The translations under genes and the position numbers were made by a program. From Eledone cirrhosa (taxonomy: Eukaryota), in NCBI GenBank assembly GCA_964016885.1, contig OZ024740.1, positions 441,068,001 to 441,132,000 on the forward strand: a stretch of DNA of 64,000 nt, given 5' to 3'. How positions within the stretch are numbered: position 1 is the stretch's first letter; each line of letters begins with the position of its first letter. This document shows, piece by piece, positions 42,338-52,384 of this stretch. Below the pieces are notes generated by a model. That model searched no databases, had not been told where the DNA came from, and saw nothing but the letters and a program-made list of their open reading frames with translations.

Positions 42338-42850
42338 GTTTTTTTGTTTAAAATGAAATTTTGGGTACAAAACCCCAATAACTGGTTATTTAACCCCGAA
42401 GGGCCAAATAACGGACAGAAAGACCCCTCTCACGAGGAGGAGGGTGTCTTTATCAACAATTTGGTTCAAGTTTTAAACAATTTACAATTGTTTTAACGGT
42501 TAAAAATTACTATACCTTACAGAGCCGAGCCTCCGTCAACCATGGCATTCAATAATAATAATAATAATAGCAATAATAATAATAACGATTTCTTTATTAA
42601 CCACAAGGGTTTACATAAAGTAGACATTAAGGACAGTGCAGGACAATGCAGGACGGTACAAATGGGCATTTCTGCGTGTAAAAAAACAAAAACAGAGGAT
42701 GTAACAAAAATAACAATGAAAATAACAATGAAAAAAATTCCCCAATAGGGGGGAGACTTCGGAGGGACATTTGTGGAGAAAGCCCAGTAAAAAGCCACAA
42801 TGACCCTGACCACCAAGGCAAGTGCCCTCTCCCAGTTTTCCACCTTTAGT

Positions 42851-45800
42851 TTACAGATATATACTCAGAGTCGGCCCATTCACTCGGGCCATTCTTGCTT
42901 CTCTCACCCATCTTTCAACAAAATGCTGGGAAGAGAGCACTTCCTTCTCTACTCTGATTTTCCTTTTCAAATGAAATTTGAAAAAGTCAATCAGAGCATC
43001 ACCGAAGAGGTAAGTGCTCGTCTTCAGCCCTTTCAAACGTGTCCACCATACTATCTCTTTCGCCATGGCCACCAGACAGATAAAAACTGCCTGCCCTTCC
43101 CGGCTAAAGGAGGAGGGCGGGGCAATCCTCACGATAGACTCAGATGATAGCTGGATCCGTCCTAAACGCGACAGCAGGTGTTCGACATAAACCCACAAGT
43201 CAGCAATTTTCGGACACTGGACGAGTGCGTGCAGGACGGTTTCGTCGCCCTGCGCGCATCTCGGACATGCCCGGCTGACGGCACCTCCATGCCTGTAGAG
43301 TTTATCCCGAACTGGCAAGGCTCCTCGGTAGCACTGCCAGGCCAGAGATTTCTGGAAGTTGTCCATAGGCCCTGGCCCGAAAGTTCTTCCGAAGAGATTG
43401 GCTAGTTGATTTTCGTCGACGCCTAGAGTTTCCCCAAGTACGTCGTCGCTCTTCCCCTCCACTAATCCTCTATAGAACGCCGAGGTGGAGTTTCCACCGA
43501 TCACATTGCCCGATTGGTCGAGGGCTGTGAGCGCCTGAAGACATTCCAGTCTCCAGGCGCTCCCTCTCGGTCTTCGCTTGACCCAGGACTGCAGCTCCGT
43601 CAAGGAAACGAGCTGGGGAAAAACGCGTCTAGCAAACGGCGACCACACCTGATCACCGTCGAGGAAGAGGTGGAGATGTCGTAGCCTGAGCGCGTGCCTG
43701 CGCATCATCAGCCACGGCATGCCCAGCCCTCCACGTAGCGGGTGTTGACAACAGATGGACCGCCTGACCATCGGAGCACGTCCCTTCCACAAAAAGCGAA
43801 AGAGCAAACGCTCCAGCGCAGTCAGGCGAGGCTTAGGACAAGGTACGACGGTTAGGCGGTAGCAGATGACAGACGCGATGTACGCGTTAGCCACCTCCGC
43901 TCGACCTTTCAGGGATAGCTTCCTCTCCGCCCATTTCTGGGTGAGAGAAGCCACCCTGCTCGTCACCTCGTCCCAGTTTTTGTCCGTCTGGAGGTCCGGA
44001 CCGAACCAGACCCCTAGCAATTTAACCGGTCCGTCCGTCCAGCGCCCGACGACGCTGTTGGACGGCATGGACCTGCCTCTCCAGGTGCCGAGCTGCAGGC
44101 CCACTGACTTTTCCTGGTTGATCATTGCTCCTGTCACCGCTTCGTATTCTCTTAGTGTAGTGCCGATCGCCTCGATGTGTTTGGCGTTCGACACCACTAC
44201 AGTGACATCGTCCGCATATGCTGACACGGATCTTCCGCATCCTAGTTCGCGCGGGACTCCCCTCAACGTCTCCAGTTTGTGCAGTAATGGCTCGAGAGTC
44301 AATACGTACAAGAGGGACGAGAGGGGACATCCTTGGCGGACCGAGCGCATGATGTTGAACGGTTCCGACAGGTGACCGTTCACTCTCACCACAGAGCAGA
44401 TGTCGCTGTGCATGGCAGCGATCCAGCCTCTGAAGACGGGCCCAAAGCCAGCCGCCCTCAGGACTGCCGCTAGGTAACGATGGTCGACCCTATCGAAAGC
44501 TTTCGACTGATCTAAATTGATCAAGGACCCACCCGTGCCAGGTTCCCTAGCTACCCTCTCTACGATGTATCGCATGAGGTGGAGGTTGTCGTGGATGGAT
44601 CTGTCGGGAATGGCGCATGTCTGCGCCTCTCCCACCAGACCACCAACGACAAGCGCCAACCTCTTTGCTAGCACCTTGGCCAAAATCTTAAACTCTGTGT
44701 TTAGCAGAGTTATGGGCCGGAAATTGTCTATGTTATCCCCCTTGTTCGGATCCTTTCTCAGCAGTGCCACCGCTCCTCGGCTCACAGAACTGGGAATTCT
44801 CCCGTTCTGTTGCCAGTTGCAGTAGACGTCCGCCAAGAGGCCTCCGAACAAGTCTGGCATCTGTACGTAAAGTTCATAGGGCAGACCATCCAAACCAGGC
44901 GATTTACCCCTTGTGCAGCCAGTCATTGCCTCCCGTACTTCAGCGGCTGTTATCGGCTTTTCGCAACACTTCGCCTCAGTGGCCGAGAGCCGCGGCAGTC
45001 CGTCGAGGTAGACACTAAAGTCCATCCCTCTACCCGGCCCCCCGCTGCCCCCGAACAGCTGAGCGAAGTGTCGCTGAAAAGCTTCACACATTTGCCCGGG
45101 ATCGAGTAGCATGCGCCCGTCGTGGTCCACCAAAGACCGGATCGTGGCTTTGTTGCCACGACGCGCCTCCGCCACTCGGGCCCATTGAACGGCTTTCGTC
45201 CCCTCGTGTCTGAGAGCACGCACCCTAGCTCTGACAACGCAGCCTTCGTGCTTTGCATTGAAGAATTGGTCAAGGGCCAATTTCGCCGCAAGCACGTCGG
45301 TCGCAATGCCTTTGCTAAGCGCCTCGTCTAATTTTCTAACTAGTTCTCCCTCTGCTCTATTTTTCTCTATTGCTAAAGCCTTACTAAACCTAATCGATTC
45401 TATTCTAATCGCTCTTTTCAGAGCAAACCACCACTTGTTGTTGACGATGGCCCCCGTCAACGCCCGCTTAACTAGTTCGCTAATCCGGTCTCTGTAGGCC
45501 TTGCGCGCTGGTAAGGACGCGTTTAGCTTCCAGTAGCCGGGTCCTCGTCTATGAAGCCTATCTAAGTCAAGCACACAGATCACGAATTTGTGGTCCGTGT
45601 AGCTGACTATCTTGAATTGTGGACAGCCTATGCTAGACCTATCTATTTCCCTACAAAATACTCTATCTAGATATGATCTGGATGACCCTATGCGGTTTGT
45701 CCAAGTCCACATTGGCACATTCGGGAAATCCAATCGGTACCTGTCAGACAGTTCAAAACGCCTGAGCAGGTTGGTGAGGCTCTTGCACCCTCCACCCCTA

Positions 45801-46270
45801 TCCGCTAATCCCACACAGTCCCAGCGTGCATCTAAGATCCCGTTCCAGTCGCCCACTAACACTAAAGAGCGGGACGTTCCAAGAAAGGTCTCCAGACGCC
45901 GGAAGAAATCAGGCCGCCCTGCTCCTGTCGGGGCATAGACGGCCACTAGCCTGAAAGCTTGCCCGTCTCCGCTGGTCACGTCCAGCACCACCAGCTTACC
46001 CTCTGGGTCCAGGAAGATGGCCCGTATGGCGAGATCCAAACCTCTCCGAAAAAGCACAGCAACTCCTCCACCGGATCCAGGACGGCTGGGAGATGCGTAC
46101 ACATCGGAGCCGCCGAAGATCGGTGCGAAGGCCCGTGCTTCGGAGATTCTGGTCTCGCTGATGGCCACTACATCTATGTTTAGTGACCTGAGGTCGTTGA
46201 GCAGGTGACCCTGCTTCCATGACGACCCCAAGCCACGCGCATTTATGCTGCCTATTCTGAGTGAGGTCAT
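42851..46270 (-). CDS. Unit 5 ORF2p APE-RT-ZnF (1139 aa)
   Basis: All EN and RT motifs intact. Confidence 0.95.
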   Translation of the reverse strand: MTSLRIGSINARGLGSSWKQGHLLNDLRSLNIDVVAISETRISEARAFAPIFGGSDVYASPSRPGSGGGVAVLFRRGLDLAIRAIFLDPEGKLVVLDVTSGDGQAFRLVAVYAPTGAGRPDFFRRLETFLGTSRSLVLVGDWNGILDARWDCVGLADRGGGCKSLTNLLRRFELSDRYRLDFPNVPMWTWTNRIGSSRSYLDRVFCREIDRSSIGCPQFKIVSYTDHKFVICVLDLDRLHRRGPGYWKLNASLPARKAYRDRISELVKRALTGAIVNNKWWFALKRAIRIESIRFSKALAIEKNRAEGELVRKLDEALSKGIATDVLAAKLALDQFFNAKHEGCVVRARVRALRHEGTKAVQWARVAEARRGNKATIRSLVDHDGRMLLDPGQMCEAFQRHFAQLFGGSGGPGRGMDFSVYLDGLPRLSATEAKCCEKPITAAEVREAMTGCTRGKSPGLDGLPYELYVQMPDLFGGLLADVYCNWQQNGRIPSSVSRGAVALLRKDPNKGDNIDNFRPITLLNTEFKILAKVLAKRLALVVGGLVGEAQTCAIPDRSIHDNLHLMRYIVERVAREPGTGGSLINLDQSKAFDRVDHRYLAAVLRAAGFGPVFRGWIAAMHSDICSVVRVNGHLSEPFNIMRSVRQGCPLSSLLYVLTLEPLLHKLETLRGVPRELGCGRSVSAYADDVTVVVSNAKHIEAIGTTLREYEAVTGAMINQEKSVGLQLGTWRGRSMPSNSVVGRWTDGPVKLLGVWFGPDLQTDKNWDEVTSRVASLTQKWAERKLSLKGRAEVANAYIASVICYRLTVVPCPKPRLTALERLLFRFLWKGRAPMVRRSICCQHPLRGGLGMPWLMMRRHALRLRHLHLFLDGDQVWSPFARRVFPQLVSLTELQSWVKRRPRGSAWRLECLQALTALDQSGNVIGGNSTSAFYRGLVEGKSDDVLGETLGVDENQLANLFGRTFGPGPMDNFQKSLAWQCYRGALPVRDKLYRHGGAVSRACPRCAQGDETVLHALVQCPKIADLWVYVEHLLSRLGRIQLSSESIVRIAPPSSFSREGQAVFICLVAMAKEIVWWTRLKGLKTSTYLFGDALIDFFKFHLKRKIRVEKEVLSSQHFVERWVREARMARVNGPTLSIYL

Positions 46271-46305
46271 GTTTAAAATAGAGTGGAAAAGATGGGAAAG
46301 ACCAC

Positions 46306-48402
46306 TTACCGTACTTTTGGTAGAGGAGGGATGGTTTTTACATCCCTTTTCACTTGATCGTCTGGTGAAGGGACCGTTGAATCGTCCCTTCGGCTGGTCG
46401 TCGGCTCTTCTAAGAGAATGTCTGAGTATACTCTTCGATTGATGGTTCCTCCTAGGTCCCTGAAATCACCAACTGCGTTGGGGAATTTCGTTTTAATATT
46501 TGTGTATTGTTTCTGTGCTATTTTTAGCAGTCTTATGTTAGTTGGCGTTTTGATTGGTGCTGGTATTATGTAGTCCTGTTGTGAAATGTCTGTGTGTTCA
46601 ATTATGTAAGTCATTAGTTTCTTGTTGTGTGTATTTATTGCCGTGCATTTGTTTTTCTGGGGGTGGGGTGTGGTTCTGCTATTTTCTTGTCGTTGTTGCT
46701 GGGTGTGTGTGTTTTGTTGTTGTGTTTGCGATGTTGGTGCTTGTGGTGGTGGTGTTGAAGGTGTTGTTGGCGGTGGGGTTGTCGCCGGTGGTGATGGTGG
46801 CGCTAGTGTGGGTGGTGATGGTGTTGGTGTTGTTGCTACTGTGGGTCTCTTTGCAGTAGACTTTACCCTTTTCTCATTTCTTTCCTCACTTTTCAAAGGC
46901 GACGATGCGCTGCTTCTGCGTTTGTGCCTTCTTACGACCTTTTGCCATCTCTCTCCCACCTCACACTCCATGTCTGATTCTGTGAGGTCGGGGAGGGGTA
47001 CCAACTCCACTCTTTCACTTGTTGTTGTTGGTGATGTTTGCACTGGAGTCTCTGTTGCAGCTGCATTTGGTATTGCTGTTGTTGTTGTTAGTATTTCCAC
47101 TGCTGCTGCTGTTTTTGATTTCCGTGGAGTGGGTATGGGTGCCACGGGCCTATCGTTCCTGGTTGCCGCTTGTCCTGTTGCTGGTAGCCGTGGAGCCGGA
47201 TTCGGAAGGAGGGGGGTTTTCTCCTTTCTCAGGGTCTTCTCGTTGCAGAAGGCCCTGAGGTGAGTCTTCGATCCACAGCGAAAGCATTTCGGGCGTTTGC
47301 CCTCAACACTTATGGGCAGTTGAGTGCCGTTATCGAAGTCTATCACATCCGGGATAGCTTCGATGCACTCCTGGTTGGTTTGGATTAGCATCTCAATGGA
47401 GGAGCCGACCCAATCTTCTCTTACTTTTTTCTGTACTTGCAGTACAGTTGTTTTGTCCTCGATTCCGACGAGGACAGACGCGGCCAGCCAAGAAGGGGTC
47501 ATTCCGGGGGGGACGTGGGTCAGTTTGACCCTCACAATTTTTTGCCCACAGTAGGAGGGCACCAACACCATTTCCTCGCTCCTTAGGGTCACTACTGATT
47601 GGGCCTTTGCCTCCTGGGGTGTGGCAAAAAGTACGTCTACGGTGGCATATTTTTTGCCTCGGGTGATGTGCGTTTTCCGCTGCCACACAGACCCCAAGGC
47701 TTTTTGTATTTGGGCCTCTGTGGCTCTTTCCACCCTACGGGATTTTGTACTTACTGTACGGTACGTGACCGTACAGTGCTCTTGGGTTTCGAAAAAATTT
47801 TTCGCTGCCTTGCAGATTGCTCGGTGTCCGTTCTTTGTCACCATCTTCTTCGCTTCCTCTAATTCCTCATTTGTTATGAGGATTGTTTCCAAATTTTTCG
47901 CAATACCTGCAAATGAGATTGGTTTTTCTCTGCTGTTGTTGTTGTCGTCAGAGCTGCTGGTACTTTTGTTGTTGCTGCAGGTACTACGACTACTGCCTCC
48001 GCCGCTGTTGCTGTGGTTGTTGTTGGTGTTGCTGCTGCTAATGCTGTTGTTGTTTATGCTGCTGGTGATGCTGTTGCGGCTGCTACTGTTGTTTTCATTG
48101 TCACTGTTGCTGTTGTTATTACGGCTGCTACTGCTATTATTCCTGACGTCAGACGTATGAACTGGGTTTTCGTATTTCCCGCACACCTGTTTCGTCGCTG
48201 TCGTCGTCGTCGTGGAGAAACCTTGCACGCTTTGCACGAGACTTTTCTTTTCTTTCGTCGCTTGCGAAAGAGAAGGGAGGGAGAGAGACACATTTAAAGA
48301 AGGGAGGGAGAGAGACAATCTTCTCTCTGCTGTAGTGATGATTGAGGAAGAAGAAGACGGAATGAGTGGGAGTGACGTATGAAATTTCTTTTTGGTAGCC
48401 AT
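46306..48402 (-). CDS. Unit 5 ORF1p (long variant)
   Basis: Same length as unit 1 ORF1; CCHC knuckle. Confidence 0.9.
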   Translation of the reverse strand: MATKKKFHTSLPLIPSSSSSIITTAERRLSLSLPSLNVSLSLPSLSQATKEKKSLVQSVQGFSTTTTTATKQVCGKYENPVHTSDVRNNSSSSRNNNSNSDNENNSSSRNSITSSINNNSISSSNTNNNHSNSGGGSSRSTCSNNKSTSSSDDNNNSREKPISFAGIAKNLETILITNEELEEAKKMVTKNGHRAICKAAKNFFETQEHCTVTYRTVSTKSRRVERATEAQIQKALGSVWQRKTHITRGKKYATVDVLFATPQEAKAQSVVTLRSEEMVLVPSYCGQKIVRVKLTHVPPGMTPSWLAASVLVGIEDKTTVLQVQKKVREDWVGSSIEMLIQTNQECIEAIPDVIDFDNGTQLPISVEGKRPKCFRCGSKTHLRAFCNEKTLRKEKTPLLPNPAPRLPATGQAATRNDRPVAPIPTPRKSKTAAAVEILTTTTAIPNAAATETPVQTSPTTTSERVELVPLPDLTESDMECEVGERWQKVVRRHKRRSSASSPLKSEERNEKRVKSTAKRPTVATTPTPSPPTLAPPSPPATTPPPTTPSTPPPQAPTSQTQQQNTHTQQQRQENSRTTPHPQKNKCTAINTHNKKLMTYIIEHTDISQQDYIIPAPIKTPTNIRLLKIAQKQYTNIKTKFPNAVGDFRDLGGTINRRVYSDILLEEPTTSRRDDSTVPSPDDQVKRDVKTIPPLPKVR

Positions 48403-48929
48403 GTTTTTTTGTTTAAAATGAAATTTTGGGTACAAAACCCCAATAACTGGTTATTTAACCCCGAAGGGCCAAATAACGGACAGAAAGACCCCTCTCACGA
48501 GGAGGAGGGTGTCTTTATCAACAATTTGGTTCAAGTTTTAAACAATTTACAATTGTTTTAACGGTTAAAAATTACTATACCTTACAGAGCCGAGCCTCCG
48601 TCAACCATGGCATTCAATAATAATAATAATAATAGCAATAATAATAATAACGACACCAACAATAATGATTTCTTTATTAACCACAAGGGTTTACATAAAG
48701 TAGACATTAAGGACAGTGCAGGACAATGCAGGACGGTACAAATAGGCATTTCTGCGTGTAAAAAAAACAAAAACAGAGGATGTAACAAAAATAACAATGA
48801 AAATAACAATGAAAAATTCCCCAATAGGGGGGAGACTTCGGAGGGACATTTGTGGAGAAAGCCCAGTAAAAAGCCACAATGACCCTGACCACCAAGGCAA
48901 GTGCCCTCTCCCAGTTTTCCACCTTTAGT

Positions 48930-51900
48930 TTACAGATATATACTCAGAGTCGGCCCATTCACTCGGGCCATTCTTGCTTCTCTCACCCATCTTTCAACAA
49001 AATGCTGGGAAGAGAGCACTTCCTTCTCTACTCTGATTTTCCTTTTCAAATGAAATTTGAAAAAGTCAATCAGAGCATCACCGAAGAGGTAAGTGCTCGT
49101 CTTCAGCCCTTTCAAACGTGTCCACCATACTATCTCTTTCGCCATGGCCACCAGACAGATAAAAACTGCCTGCCCTTCCCGGCTAAAGGAGGAGGGCGGG
49201 GCAATCCTCACGATAGACTCAGATGATAGCTGGATCCGTCCTAAACGCGACAGCAGGTGTTCGACATAAACCCACAAGTCAGCAATTTTCGGACACTGGA
49301 CGAGTGCGTGCAGGACGGTTTCGTCGCCCTGCGCGCATCTCGGACATGCCCGGCTGACGGCACCTCCATGCCTGTAGAGTTTATCCCGAACTGGCAAGGC
49401 TCCTCGGTAGCACTGCCAGGCCAGAGATTTCTGGAAGTTGTCCATAGGCCCCGGCCCGAAAGTTCTTCCGAAGAGATTGGCTAGTTGATTTTCGTCGACG
49501 CCTAGAGTTTCCCCAAGTACGTCGTCGCTCTTCCCCTCCACCAATCCTCTATAGAACGCCGAGGTGGAGTTTCCACCGATCACATTGCCCGATTGGTCGA
49601 GGGCTGTGAGCGCCTGAAGACATTCCAGTCTCCAGGCGCTCCCTCTCGGTCTTCGCTTGACCCAGGACTGCAGCTCCGTCAAGGAAACGAGCTGGGGAAA
49701 AACGCGTCTAGCAAACGGCGACCACACCTGATCACCGTCGAGGAAGAGGTGGAGATGTCGTAGCCTGAGCGCGTGCCTGCGCATCATCAGCCACGGCATG
49801 CCCAGCCCTCCACGTAGCGGGTGTTGACAACAGATGGACCGCCTGACCATCGGAGCACGTCCCTTCCACAAAAAGCGAAAGAGCAAACGCTCCAGCGCAG
49901 TCAGGCGAGGCTTAGGACAAGGTACGACGGTTAGGCGGTAGCAGATGACAGACGCGATGTACGCGTTAGCCACCTCCGCTCGACCTTTCAGGGATAGCTT
50001 CCTCTCCGCCCATTTCTGGGTGAGAGAAGCCACCCTGCTCGTCACCTCGTCCCAGTTTTTGTCCGTCTGGAGGTCCGGACCGAACCAGACCCCTAGCAAT
50101 TTAACCGGTCCGTCCGTCCAGCGCCCGACGACGCTGTTGGACGGCATGGACCTGCCTCTCCAGGTGCCGAGCTGCAGGCCCACTGACTTTTCCTGGTTGA
50201 TCATTGCTCCTGTCACCGCTTCGTATTCTCTTAGTGTAGTGCCGATCGCCTCGATGTGTTTGGCGTTCGACACCACTACGGTGACATCGTCCGCATATGC
50301 TGACACGGATCTTCCGCATCCTAGTTCGCGCGGGACTCCCCTCAACGTCTCCAGTTTGTGCAGTAATGGCTCGAGAGTCAATACGTACAAGAGGGACGAG
50401 AGGGGACATCCTTGGCGGACCGAGCGCATGATGTTGAACGGTTCCGACAGGTGACCGTTCACTCTCACCACAGAGCAGATGTCGCTGTGCATGGCAGCGA
50501 TCCAGCCTCTGAAGACGGGCCCAAAGCCAGCCGCCCTCAGGACTGCCGCTAGGTAACGATGGTCGACCCTATCGAAAGCTTTCGACTGATCTAAATTGAT
50601 CAAGGACCCACCCGTGCCAGGTTCCCTAGCTACCCTCTCTACGATGTATCGCATGAGGTGGAGGTTGTCGTGGATGGATCTGTCGGGAATGGCGCATGTC
50701 TGCGCCTCTCCCACCAGACCACCAACGACAAGCGCCAACCTCTTTGCTAGCACCTTGGCCAAAATCTTAAACTCTGTGTTTAGCAGAGTTATGGGCCGGA
50801 AATTGTCTATGTTATCCCCCTTGTTCGGATCCTTTCTCAGCAGTGCCACCGCTCCTCGGCTCACAGAACTGGGAATTCTCCCGTTCTGTTGCCAGTTGCA
50901 GTAGACGTCCGCCAAGAGGCCTCCGAACAAGTCTGGCATCTGTACGTAAAGTTCATAGGGCAGACCATCCAAACCAGGCGATTTACCCCTTGTGCAGCCA
51001 GTCATTGCCTCCCTTACTTCAGCGGCTGTTATCGGCTTTTCGCAACACCTCGCCTCAGTGGCCGAGAGCCGCGGCAGTCCGTCGAGGTAGACACTAAAGT
51101 CCATCCCTCTACCCGGCCCCCCGCTGCCCCCGAACAGCTGAGCGAAGTGTTGCTGAAAAGCTTCACACATTTGCCCGGGATCGAGTAGCATGCGCCCGTC
51201 GTGGTCCACCAAAGACCGGATCGTGGCTTTGTTGCCACGACGCGCCTCCGCCACTCGGGCCCATTGAACGGCTTTCGTCCCCTCGTGTCTGAGAGCACGC
51301 ACCTTAGCTCTGACAACGCAGCCTTCGTGCTTTGCATTGAAGAATTGGTCAAGGGCCAATTTCGCCGCAAGCACGTCGGTCTCAATGCCTTTGCTAAGCG
51401 CCTCGTCTAATTTTCTAACTAGTTCTCCCTCTGCTCTATTTTTCTCTATTGCTAAAGCCTTACTAAACCTAATCGATTCTATTCTAATCGCTCTTTTCAG
51501 AGCAAACCACCACTTGTTGTTGACGATGGCCCCCGTCAACGCCCGCTTAACTAGTTCGCTAATCCGGTCTCTGTAGGCCTTGCGCGCTGGTAAGGACGCG
51601 TTTAGCTTCCAGTAGCCGGGTCCTCGTCTATGAAGCCTATCTAAGTCAAGCACACAGATCACAAATTTGTGGTCCGTGTAGCTGACTATCTTGAATTGTG
51701 GACAGCCTATGCTAGACCTATCTATTTCCCTACAAAATACTCTATCTAGATATGATCTGGATGACCCTATGCGGTTTGTCCAAGTCCACATTGGCACATT
51801 CGGGAAATCCAATCGGTACCTGTCAGACAGTTCAAAACGCCTGAGCAGGTTGGTGAGGCTCTTGCACCCTCCACCCCTATCCGCTAATCCCACACAGTCC

Positions 51901-52349
51901 CAGCGTGCATCTAAGATCCCGTTCCAGTCGCCCACTAACACTAAAGAGCGGGACGTTCCAAGAAAGGTCTCCAGACGCCGGAAGAAATCAGGCCGCCCTG
52001 CTCCTGTCGGGGCATAGACGGCCACTAGCCTGAAAGCTTGCCCGTCTCCGCTGGTCACGTCCAGCACCACCAGCTTACCCTCTGGGTCCAGGAAGATGGC
52101 CCGTATGGCGAGATCCAAACCTCTCCGAAAAAGCACAGCAACTCCTCCACCCGATCCAGGACGGCTGGGAGATGCGTACACATCGTAGCCGCCGAAGATC
52201 GGTACGAAGGCCCGTGCTTCGGAGATTCTGGTCTCGCTGATGGCCACTACATCTATGTTTAGTGACCTGAGGTCGTTGAGCAGGTGACCCTGCTTCCATG
52301 ACGACCCCAAGCCACGCGCATTTATGCTGCCTATTCTGAGTGAGGTCAT
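48930..52349 (-). CDS. Unit 6 ORF2p APE-RT-ZnF (1139 aa)
   Basis: All EN and RT motifs intact. Confidence 0.95.
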   Translation of the reverse strand: MTSLRIGSINARGLGSSWKQGHLLNDLRSLNIDVVAISETRISEARAFVPIFGGYDVYASPSRPGSGGGVAVLFRRGLDLAIRAIFLDPEGKLVVLDVTSGDGQAFRLVAVYAPTGAGRPDFFRRLETFLGTSRSLVLVGDWNGILDARWDCVGLADRGGGCKSLTNLLRRFELSDRYRLDFPNVPMWTWTNRIGSSRSYLDRVFCREIDRSSIGCPQFKIVSYTDHKFVICVLDLDRLHRRGPGYWKLNASLPARKAYRDRISELVKRALTGAIVNNKWWFALKRAIRIESIRFSKALAIEKNRAEGELVRKLDEALSKGIETDVLAAKLALDQFFNAKHEGCVVRAKVRALRHEGTKAVQWARVAEARRGNKATIRSLVDHDGRMLLDPGQMCEAFQQHFAQLFGGSGGPGRGMDFSVYLDGLPRLSATEARCCEKPITAAEVREAMTGCTRGKSPGLDGLPYELYVQMPDLFGGLLADVYCNWQQNGRIPSSVSRGAVALLRKDPNKGDNIDNFRPITLLNTEFKILAKVLAKRLALVVGGLVGEAQTCAIPDRSIHDNLHLMRYIVERVAREPGTGGSLINLDQSKAFDRVDHRYLAAVLRAAGFGPVFRGWIAAMHSDICSVVRVNGHLSEPFNIMRSVRQGCPLSSLLYVLTLEPLLHKLETLRGVPRELGCGRSVSAYADDVTVVVSNAKHIEAIGTTLREYEAVTGAMINQEKSVGLQLGTWRGRSMPSNSVVGRWTDGPVKLLGVWFGPDLQTDKNWDEVTSRVASLTQKWAERKLSLKGRAEVANAYIASVICYRLTVVPCPKPRLTALERLLFRFLWKGRAPMVRRSICCQHPLRGGLGMPWLMMRRHALRLRHLHLFLDGDQVWSPFARRVFPQLVSLTELQSWVKRRPRGSAWRLECLQALTALDQSGNVIGGNSTSAFYRGLVEGKSDDVLGETLGVDENQLANLFGRTFGPGPMDNFQKSLAWQCYRGALPVRDKLYRHGGAVSRACPRCAQGDETVLHALVQCPKIADLWVYVEHLLSRLGRIQLSSESIVRIAPPSSFSREGQAVFICLVAMAKEIVWWTRLKGLKTSTYLFGDALIDFFKFHLKRKIRVEKEVLSSQHFVERWVREARMARVNGPTLSIYL

Positions 52350-52384
52350 GTTTAAAATAGAGTGGAAAAGATGGGAAAGACCAC

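Larger units (their letters stand above)
36521..42550 (-). mobile_element. Tx1-like LINE unit 4
   Basis: Full-length copy, 6030 bp. Confidence 0.95.
42551..48615 (-). mobile_element. Tx1-like LINE unit 5
   Basis: Full-length copy, 6065 bp. Confidence 0.95.
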